Positions 11,935 through 23,900 of a stretch of 64,000 nt of DNA are shown piece by piece. The position numbers and the translations under genes are program-made. Every line of letters begins with the position of its first letter. The stretch's first letter is position 1. The DNA comes from Mizuhopecten yessoensis (lineage: Eukaryota): positions 374,034-438,033 of the forward strand of contig NW_018408904.1 in assembly GCF_002113885.1 (NCBI RefSeq). Direction: 5' to 3'. Below the pieces are notes generated by a model that worked only from the letters and a program-made list of their open reading frames with translations, made no database searches and was not told where the DNA came from.

Positions 11935-14900
11935 TTAAAGATGTGGCATGTCTTTGGTATCATGGACCATAGTCGTTAAGTTTTTAGGACGATTTTCTGA
12001 AAATCCCTTGTTTTGGAGACTTGTATCCTGTGTACTTCCAGGACCATCATTGTCCCGATAGTGCTGGGTCGGTGAATAGCCATTCCGTACGGTGTACTTC
12101 TGCCGCAAAATATAGACAAAATATCTGTTAGTATAAATATCTGGGATAATAATTCATTATATTTATTAATGAGCTGGATTTACACCGTCCTTCATCAAGT
12201 TAAACGCAATATTCCAAATAAATCATTTATACTAAACAGTGATTGCAAGATAGTGCCTGATATGCATTATTTATTTCTATCACATACTGTTTATTGATAA
12301 CGTTGATATTCCAATGCATAACCCGTACTTCAGTTATCATGTTTACCTTGGCTGTGCTACTGATCCTGTACCGGACGATGCGCTCCATACCAAGAATAAG
12401 AATTCCAAGACTTATGCCGAATACGGGGGTCAGGAACCAATAGCCAATTTCAGTGAAACCAATTTCTTGTATGATTTCCTCAGTATCGCAGTGCAAGTTT
12501 CTGTTCTCCCACCATTTTCTTTTCAAACTCTCCACATCAGAAGACTGTTGTATTTCCATAAAACTGTAATCAAATAGAATTTATGATATGTATATTATTT
12601 AATGGACAATACCATCGGAAGCCATATAAAATATAATCCGCCAGAAGCAGCGCCTTTCGTAGTGTTTTGCCGAAGGGATATACAAGCTGGTCATCTGACT
12701 CGTTTTATTTATTTTGGGTATATTTGCCATTTCTACAGCTGGTCATGATAATAATCGTGTTAGGGAAAACATATAAATCAATAGTGAACTAAGAAGTAAT
12801 TATGGATTAAGAAATTATTGTACTTTTGTTGAGAAATCAGTATTTGAACATAGAAGTAGTTATACTAAATCGCGGGCAAATTTTAAAGGCACCTATGCTT
12901 TGAGCATTTATATATAATAAATATATATATAGAAACAAAAACAAGATATCATGGCCAAATGAAAATAAAAGCAGGCTGCTTTCACCCTTCACATGTTTAT
13001 TTCAAAATGACAACATCGTGACGTCACCATTACATGTCCTTTTGAAGTTACCATGAAGAGTCATGTGAAGGGGAAAGCAGCTTGTTTTGGCTATACGGTC
13101 GTAAGATCTTGTTATTATCTTTACTTACCTAATTCACATTGGCATTTCATCTTTTTTATTAGATGTATATATATGTAAGAGTAAAATCTCAAATGCATTC
13201 AATTGTATGTTTCAGTTACCTGTTGGACATAGTTGATAAGAGGCTGGAATCTTTTTTCAGTGCAAATCCAACAGGATGATAGCCCATAGGTGACCCTAGC
13301 GACTTAACATCACAGTTCTGAGATATTAAATATTTCACAGTCTCTGTTTTTGACAGAAGAATAAAGTTTCCTTCTGCCACTCTTCTGAGAGCCTCGGATG
13401 TACTATTGAAGAATCCCGTCTTTGACATGCTTTGCCATATTTTCGTGAACGTGTCTCTAACTGGATAGTCCCAGACAATCTCGTTGAAGGCATATTGTTT
13501 ATTGTCGGGGTAGAGGTTTGAGCTTTTCCACAGATCGTGAAACGCTTCTTCAGTTTTCATCATATTTTCAAAATACACCATTTCATCTGAACCCCATACT
13601 ACAGAAAACTTCACATCCTTTGTAGTCACCAAATCAGAGACGGCTTTCACGTGTAGGTCGTCCATACGATAAACGGTCATAAAGGAAGCCAGATTGGCTG
13701 TGAAAGCAGAAAGGAGGATGAAAGACAACAGCCAGAATCCGAAACCCATTAACTTAGTACTTGTTCGTGATAACCGGATACCGTCACCTGTGAATCAAGA
13801 CAGTATTAGCCATATTGTTACATTATTAAGTACTTTAATCGTTCAGTAATAACAATCTAAACACCTTTAAAGAATTATCTTGTATATTTCGAATAAATAT
13901 TCCTGTATTTACGTCATTTGTACTTTTAACCAATTAAAAAAATAGTAACATCACATATTACTTAACATTGTATACAGTGGCCAGCGCGATTGAGTCACCA
14001 CGGTCGAGCTACTGTTTCTACATTAGAGGAATACACCGTATGATGATCATCTCTATACTGTCACCTATAACGTCAAAAAGCGTAGAGAAATAACCTTTTC
14101 AAGTAATTATCATGATCTTTCTCACCTCGCCAATTTCCTAACATTGTGTGGTTTCTTTTTAAATACTTGAAACGCTAATGTGGTGACATTTCTTCGTTAT
14201 TGTAAAAGTGTTTGATGTTTAATTATCATTCAATACTGTACAACAGTTACAAAAGGAGTATCGTTACGATGTTAGCAAACGGAACGCCATGATTTCTTAA
14301 GCTTAACGACGTACATTCAAATTCCGCCTTAGTAACAATAAACCAGACCACGTCTTGGAAGGAGCAGTACTTGACATCCGGGTTCTTCCTCCTTTCCAGC
14401 CGTTTTATTACATTTTCATAAATCCACAATGTTACTGATGTGAAAATAAAACAACTCAGCCAAACGAGCATTGACCAGTGGTCAAATATTTCCAAAAAGT
14501 CAAACCGTCTTCCTTTTTTGGCCCTTGTAAGCATCTGAACACTATCGTACTGAATATACGGCAAGATGAAGTCGACCATGGTTCCTCGCTCCTTAGTCAC
14601 TCCAATTGGCCCAATAACCATATCAGCTCTCTGAAGAAATTAACAAAATTACCGTATACAATATGTACTGTCTTGTTACATTATAGACAACCAACGTATA
14701 CAAAGTATTTGTTAAATCAGTAGTCCATATTTCAAACGCCTTATATGCATTGATATGTTTTTCTAAATCTAGCGTATCATTTTCATATAATGTTAATCAC
14801 AGTGAATGCAGTCAAATAGGATAAATTTTAAAACTTACCCCGGAAACAATATCTGTAATGCATTCATTCCAGGCGAATACAGTGGCCTCTAGAAAAGGCT

Positions 14901-17900
14901 TTGTGGTGGTGCACTCAGATATAATGAACTGTACTCCAGAGGCCTCTGCTATTTTACTCAGCAACTCAACAGCGTACCCGCGATAGGAGATGACACCGTC
15001 AATGGATGTCTTGTATATGTAGGGCGGGTGCTAAGAGAACACACAAGATCATCAACTGTGAATAATTTAAATGACATTAAAGATAGAACTTTACCCTATA
15101 AAAATATGTTTAAAATAGTGTATTGATGATATCGACAGTTGTTTTCTAAAAGTCGATATGAAATGTGATAATTCCACAGGATATTGTGTGGAACAATCAA
15201 TATTTATACATATAGCTTAATTTAATAATTTAATTTTGTTGTAAGTCTTGATAAACCTTATTGTTTATACGTACGTGAATAGTAACAACTCTCAGAGCCA
15301 GTTTTTCGTGTTTTGTTGTGAAGTTGACTGGCAACCTGCCCGACGCTTCGGAAACGTTATTCCATACGCCGACCTAAAACATAACGGTTCATTACCGAAT
15401 GATATTCCTATTAGAACAAGAATTGTTGGAAGTGAAAAAAATGTTTTACAATATAAAACTGCATCAGCCAAATTGTACCTGGGATAAAAGGATTCAGCTT
15501 AGTTTGTATTTCAACGTACATTGAGATGCTTTACGTCAGCCACTATAACAAAGTTTTTTTGTTTTATAACTTTAATACGACACGAAGAAAATTTGACAGT
15601 TTACCTGAGCAAGTGTTCCATTGAAACCCGGTTGGAATATTTGTATCTCATGCTGGACTGAAATCAATGCCTGAAAAGTTAATGAAAACCACAGCTGTTG
15701 AACAAAAGCAACTTATTTCATAATAAAAATTCTGCTCATCGTTGTTGCAAACATGATCTTTTTAAAAGGTAAAAGATTATATGAACCATCACATGGAATA
15801 ACGTTGTAATTGTTTTAGCTGGAAACCGACTAGCATTCAGAAACTTTCTGAAGTGATGTCAAAGAAATTAGATACGAGTGTGAAACCATTTCTAGGAATG
15901 CAATGATTTAATCTTTTCCTAACTATTTCTAAACGTCGCTAAGTTATGTTGGTGTTCTTCCTCTTCCTCTTAGCGATCAACCCCACATACTTACTTATCA
16001 TTACCTGTTTAGTCAAGAGCAAAGTGATCAACCCCACATACTTACTTAGCATTACCTGTTTAGTCAAGAGCAAAGTGATCTACCTAACATACTTACTTAT
16101 CATTACCTGTTTAGTCAAGAGCAAAGTGAACAACCCCACATACTTACTTATCACTACCTGTTTAGTAAAGAGCAAAGTGATCAACCCCACATACTTACTT
16201 ATCATTACCTGTTTAGTCAAGAGCAAAGAGATCAACCCCACATACTTACTTATCATTACCTGTTTAGTCAGGAGCAAAGTGATCCACCTAACATACTTAC
16301 TTGTCACTACCTGTTTAGTCAAGAGCAAAGTGATCAACCCCACATACTTACTTATCACTACCTGTTTAGTAAAGAGCAAAGTGATCAACCCCACATACTT
16401 ACTTATCACTACCTGTTTAGCAAGTTATCCCACATTCTTACACATATTTAATTTCCAGTTAGAGTTTAGATAAAAGTGATCCACACCTTTACTTATCATT
16501 ACATGTTTAGTTCAGACATAAGTGATCCATCTACTTCATCAAGCTTATTTACGTTAAACGTTCCTGTAAGGTTCAGATCCAAGTGACCCATTCCTTCTAA
16601 TGAATATTTACTTCTGACTTCCTTGTTTAGTTCTGATTTAAGTGACCCACCCTCTTTCCAACACGTATTTACGTTTTACTTTTCTGTAAGATTCGTATCC
16701 TATCTCGCATCCCTTTGCATACGTGTTTACTTCTGACTTCCGTGTTTAGTTCTGAAGTGATCCACCCACCTCGTAACACATGTTTACGTTTGACTTTCCT
16801 GTAAGATGCTATCAATATACTTAGAGATGTAACACATATTCACGATTGACTTTCCTGTAAGATGCTATCAATACACTTAGAGATGTAACACATATTTACG
16901 TTTGATTACCTGTTTTAATTCCGAGCGAAGTGACAGCTGATCGATCCCACCTTCTGTGTAAAATTGTGACGTGTTCAGCACTCGGCGGACAACTGACTCA
17001 ATCTGACAAAAGAAAACATGAAATGTTAAATGTTACATTAACTATACACAAATATGTAATACTTCTTGTTTTAATGCATGGAAATCCTGTAAAATTAAAT
17101 ACTTTGGACTTTTTATTAAACTATTCACAGTGAAGATATTTTCGAGTGGCCATAATTTTGGGCTGATGTAGTATAAGCTTTTCTATATTTTTTTTCTATT
17201 ACAGGTGTTTGCAATGTATGCCATAGATGCAAGAAAACCTGACTTTATCGTTGAATCATTTTAAGTTCCAGATTGTGCTATATGTAAAATTCCGAAAGTG
17301 AAAGAATTCGGGGACTACTTACAGTCGTTTCAAGTTGTTGTACATAGTCATCTCTAAGTATATTGATAGCACTGTCACATGGGTTGCATATGGGAAGAAC
17401 GCCTTGTGTATCCAGTAACAACCAAATGGTATCGGCCACTAAAGGCATCAGGTCTGATATCTACACAGAACAAACAGAAATAATTTCTAAAATATTATTG
17501 ATATCAGATAAATCAGGTAATGACATTTACTGATTCTCGAATTTTAAACGTTTTGTATCAAAGTGTTGCTTTTATTTCATAGCAATACCATACGTACAAG
17601 CAATTATAATGTAAAGACTCTTAAAACAAGGTCGTTAACAGAATTATTTGAAGAAATAGAGTACATTGATGAGCCCTTCGTAAACATCTACTACCAAATG
17701 TGTGACGTTCTTAACCAGTGGTGGCGTTCCGAGGAAGATGAATTTTCGTGAATCCGAGCGAGACAGGACTTTCCGCAATGAGTCTAGGAAATTCCTCTCA
17801 GACAATTTGATATCCACTAGAACAACATCAACGGACTGCACGTTCTCTAGCAAGAACGACAATGGCACTGAAAATAAACGAAGCCATAAATAAGTAAAAT

Positions 17901-20900
17901 GTATCCGATCGTTCATGAGCGACGCAATTTTGTCGTTAGAATCTAGCAATCGGTGTTAAAGATAAAATCGTCAAATGATTAAATATCCCCACCCCATACA
18001 ACTCCGTAGTGTGTACTATTTTATGATATAAATCTATAAAAGCAAAGTATTTGTGTCATTTTTTAATCAAGTGGCGGTTTAGAAACAACCTAACTAAGAT
18101 TATAAGGAAATGTTAAACTCCACAATACAACATACAAAAGCATCCCCCGTGAACAGATACAGATGGCACATACTCTGCATGTCCTCGTCGTTGAGGATGA
18201 TGAGCTCCTTGTGCTGATCATACCCACTCGTCAACAGACGTGTAAGTAGGGTGCCATATCTTAGCTGAGGAGACTGTAGCGTCACTAGGTGCTCTGAAGG
18301 AAACTGACATCGATCATACAGGCAGACGACAACGGACATCCCACACTCATCTATGACTTCCGGTCCCACAGTCGGATCATAGACAAACACCAAAAATGGA
18401 GATTGGTCTAAAAGCACGGAGAATACACTGTTAATATTCTATTTGTTTTGAAGGTCTAAAGTAACAAGATTGTTGGAAGGCAAACGTTAAGGAAGTAATC
18501 AACATATAGAATACAGTTCACTTACACTACGTCAGAAACTTCAATATATTTACAAAAATCTTCAATATTATATAATCAATTCTCAAATGAAATTTATTAT
18601 ACAAAACACATTAATCTGCCCATCGTCTTTCGATTGGTTATTATTATTTTAAATGTTCTGGTAAAAGATCACAATAGCTGAACAAATGAAATACAAATAA
18701 AAAATGACATGTTAGAGCACGTGATTGATTTAGTTTGATAATCAGTCTTAATACGCTTTGTGTTCCCAGCTTTTTTAAATATAAGGATATTGTTATATGA
18801 AGGAATTATTGTTGTACCAAATGAGTTGAATGCAAAGGATGCTATGGGCAAAGACAAAGTAATCTAAGACCGACACATCAGGAATAGGTTGAACGTACCC
18901 CGCAGCGTGGCACTATAGTACCGGACTACACCAGGCTGACTCCTATTCACGATCAAATTAATATTCTTCATATTGAAATCTGCACCTGTAAAAAGGTTTT
19001 AGTCATTAAGTATATAATTATTTACTTGTAACTATGACTTAAAATTCATTTATCATCATAGTGTTGAAAAGCAAATAATGTGTTTAAGTGTTATTTATTT
19101 GTAAGAAAATTATCAGTAAAAAATATAGGTTTCGTCAAAAACGGTACAACAAAAACCACTGACACGTGATGTCAAGACACGTATACCCGGTATTAAAGCT
19201 GTGACACGTGATGTCAAGACACGTCTACCCGGTATTAAAAATGTGACACGTGATGTCAAGACACTTGTACCCGGTATTAAAACTGTGACACGTGATGTCA
19301 AGACACGTATAACCGGTATTAAAGCTGTGACACGTGATGTCAAGACACGTGTACCCGGTATTAAAGCTGTGACACGTGATGTCAAGACACGTATACCAGG
19401 TATTAAAGCTGTGACACGTGATGTCAAGGCACATATACCCGGTATTAAAGCTGTGACACGTGATGTCAAGACACGTATAACCGGTATTAAAGCTGTGACA
19501 CGTGATTTCAAGACACGTATACCCGGTATTAAAGCAGTGACACGTGATGTCAAGACACGTATAACCGGTACTAAAGCTGTCACACGTGATGTCAAGACAC
19601 GTATACCCGGTATTAAAGCAGTGACACGTGATGTCAAGACACGTATACCCGGTATTAAAGCAGTGAAACGTGATGTCAAGACACGTGTACCCGGTATTAA
19701 AGCTGTGACACGTGATGCCAAGACACGTGAACCCGGTATTAAAGCTGTGACACGGGATGTCAAGACGCGTATACCCGGTATTAAAGCTGTGACACGTGAT
19801 GCCGAGACACGTGAACCCGGTATTAAAGCTGTGACACGGGATGTCAAGACGCGTATACCCGGTATTAAAGCTGTGACACGTGATGCCAAGACACGTGAAC
19901 CCGGTATTAAAGCTGTGACACGGGATGTCAAGACACGTATACCCGGTATTAAAGCTGTGACACGTGATGTCAAGACACGTATACCCGGTATTAAAGCTGT
20001 GACACGGGTGGCCAAGACACGTAAACCCGGTATTAAAGCTGTGACCCGTGATGCCAAGACACGTGTACCCGGAATTAAAGCTGTGACACGTGATGTCAAG
20101 ACTCGTATACCCGGTATTAAAGCAGTGACACGTGATGTCAAGACACGTGTACCTGGTATTAAAGCTGTGACACGTGCTGTCAAGACACGTATACCTGGTA
20201 TTAAAGCTGTGACACGTGATGTCAAGACACGTATACCCGGTATCAAAGCTGTGACACGTAATGTCAAGACTCGTATACCCGGTATTAAAGCTGTGACACG
20301 TGATGTCAAGACACGTATACCCGGTATTAAAGCTGCGACACGTGATGTCAAGACACGTATACCCGGCACTAAAGCTGTGACACGTGATGTCAAGACAAGC
20401 ATAACCGGTACTAAAACAGTGACACGTGATGTCAAGACACGTATTACCGGTATTAAAGATGTGACACGTGATGTCAAGACACGTATACCCGGTTTTAAGC
20501 TGTGACACGGGATGTCAAGACACGTATACCCGGTATTAAAACCGTGACACGTGATGCCAAGACACGTGTACCCGGGATTAAAGCTGTGACACGTGATGTC
20601 AAGACACGTATCCCCGGTTTTAAGCTGTGACACGTGATGTCAGACACGGGATGTCAAGACACGTATACCCGGTATTAAAACTGTGACACGTGATGTCAAG
20701 ACACGTATACCCGGTTTTAAGCTGTGACACGTGATGTCAAGACACGTGTACCTGGTATTAAAGCTGTGACACGTGATGACAAGACACGTATACCCGGTAT
20801 TAAAGCTGCGACACGTGATGTCAAGACACGTATACCCGGTTTTAAGCTGTGACACGTGATGTCAGACACGGGATGTCAAGACACGTATACCCGGTATTAA

Positions 20901-23900
20901 AACCGTGACACGTGATGCCAAGACACGTGTACCCGGGATTAAAGCTGTGACACGTGATGTCAAGACATGTATACCCGGTATTAAAGCTGTGACACGCGAT
21001 GTCAAGACACGTGTACCCGGTATTAAAGCAGTGACACGTGATGTCAAGACACGTGTACCTGGTATTAAAGCTGTGACACGTGATGTCAAGAAATGTATAC
21101 CCGGTATTAAAGCTGTGACACGTGAGGTCAAGACATGTATACCCGGTATTAAAGCTGTGACATGTGATGTCAAGACACGTATACCCGGTATTTAAGCAGT
21201 GACACGTGATGTCAAGACACGTATAACCGGTATTAAAGCTGTGACACGTGATTTCAAGACACGTATACCCGGTATTAAAGCTGCGACACGTGATGTCAAG
21301 ACACGTATACCCGGTTTTAAGCTGTGACATGTGATGTCAAGACACGTATACCCGGTATTAAAACTGTGACACGTGATGACAAGACACGTGTACCCGGTAT
21401 TAAAGATGTGACACGTGATGTCAAGACACGTATACCAAGACACGTATACCAGGTATTAAAGCTGTGACACGTGATGTCAAGACACGTATACCCGGTATCA
21501 AAGCTGTGACACGTGATGCCAAGACACGTGAACCCGGTATTAAAGCTGTGACACGTGATGTCAAGCCACGTGTCCCTGGTATTAAAGCTGTGACACGTGA
21601 TGTCAAGCCACGTGTCCCTGGTATTAAAGCTGTGACACGTGATGTCAAGACACGTATACCCGGTTTTAAGCTGTGACACGTGATGTCAAGACACGTGTAC
21701 CCGGTATTAAAGCTGTGACACGTGATGTCAAGATACGTATACCCGGTATTAAAGCAGTGACACGTGATGTCAAGACACGTATACCCGGTATTAAAACCGT
21801 GACACGTGATGCCAAGACACGTGTACCCGGTACTAAAGCTGTGATATATCTCCTCTCGATAACACAAAGATACCTACAGATTGTAAAATAAATAACATGA
21901 CCATAATGTTGTCAGCAGCATGTATTGTACTAAATGTGAACTGTATCAATTCCATAAATAATGTGGTGAGATCGGCAATGATATACCCAATAGCAATTCA
22001 TAATACCAGCGGTGTAATCTAATCACTTAAGTTATCATTATAATAGCAAAGTTTTTAATTGTGTAAATAACCCATGGGCAATGATGGCGTTATATCTGAA
22101 TCATTTAAGCTTTTGACGTGACACTGGATTCAACAAATAAGTTCCTAAGCACTGGCTCACGTAACCATCGAGGTTGAATAATGAATTACACGTCAATATA
22201 TTAATCAAAACAAATTAAAAGCCTCAATATATATATATATGCAGCAGACAGACAAAAGGTCACCAGGTATTCCTCGACCACAGACTATAGGTGCATTTCG
22301 CAATTTTATATATACAACAACACAATAAGTATGTACATTACAGTAACATTACTGTATTATTGCTGTCTATGGTATCAGGTAGCTGATAGACTTAAATAAG
22401 ATATGTTTAAAACATTTAAAAGTGGAAATGAAATAAGGCACATGAGTTAACGGGTATCAATGAAACTAACGATCATGCTTTGTATTTGTTGCCGGTAAGT
22501 CTTATATGTGGGACCCTGTCAAATCGACTCAACACAAGAGTTCAGTGGTCTGTCATTTCACCCTTGTTAATGCAATCTAAAGTTATACTACCATTTCAAC
22601 CTTGTTACAAAAATGGTTAGGCAAAATGTCATTTCACCCTTGTTACTTCAATCGTTAGATATACTGTCATTTCACCCTTGTTTAACAATCTCTCGGTGAC
22701 TGTCATTTCACACTTGTTTAGCGATCTCTCGGTGACTGTCATTTCACAGTTGTTTAGCAATCTCTCGATGACTGTCATTTCAACCTTGTTTAACGATCTC
22801 TCGGCTGTCATTTCACACTTGTTTGACAATCTCTCGGTGACTGTCATTTCACTCTTGTTTAACAATCTCTCGGTGACTGTCATTTCACACTTGCTTGACA
22901 ATCTCTCGGTGACTGTCATTTCACACTTGTTAAACAATATCTCTGTGACTATCATTTCACACTTGTTAAACAATCTCTCGGTGATTGTCATTTCACCCTT
23001 GTTTGACAATCTCTTGGTGACTGTCATTTCACACTTGTTTGACAATCTCTCGGTTCGGTGACTGTCATTTAACACTTGTTTAACAATCTATCGGTGACTG
23101 TCATTTCACACTTGTTTAACAATCTTTCGGTGACTGTCATTTCACACTTGTTTTACAATCTCTCGGTGACTGTCATTTCACACTTGTTAAACAATATCTC
23201 GGTGACTGTCATTTCACACTTGTTAAACAATATCTCGGTGACTGTCATTTCACACTTGTTAAACAATATCTCTGTGACTATCATTTCACACTTGTTAAAC
23301 AATCTCTCGGTGACTGTCATTTCACACTTGTTTGACAATACACTTGTTTAACAATTTCTCGGTGACTGTCATTTCACACTTGTTTAAGGATCTCTCGGCA
23401 ACTGTCATTTTTCACTTGTTTAACAATTTCTCGGTGACTGTCATTTCACACTTGTTTAAGGATCTCTCGGCAACTGTCATTTTTCACTTGTTTAACAATT
23501 TCTCGGTGACTGTCATTTCACACTTGTTTAAGGATCTCTCGGCAACTGTCATTTTTCACTTGTTTAACAATTTCTCGGTGACTGTCATTTCACACTTGTT
23601 AAAAAATTTCTCGGTGACTATCATTTCACACTTGTTTGACAATCTCTCGGTGACTGTCATATCACACTTGTTTAACAATCTCTCGGTGACTGTCATTTCA
23701 CCCTTGTTTAACAATCTCTCGGCAACTGTCATTTCACACTTGTTTAACAATCTCTCGGTGACTGTCATTTCACACTTGTTTAGCGATCTCTCGGTGACTG
23801 TCATTTCACAGTTGTTTAGCAATCTCTCGATGACTGTCATTTCAACCTTGTTTAACGATCTCTCGGCTGTCATTTCACACTTGTTTGACAATCTCTCGGT

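Noticed and set aside
18408-18455. Apparent premature TAG (18439-18441) in IR exon 3 suggesting a pseudogene
   Set aside because: It appears only if the acceptor at 18455 is used. A same-phase acceptor with a good pyrimidine tract (TTCTCCGTGCTTTTAG|AC) at 18407 skips it and keeps the gene open. The upstream site could at most be an unproductive alternative.
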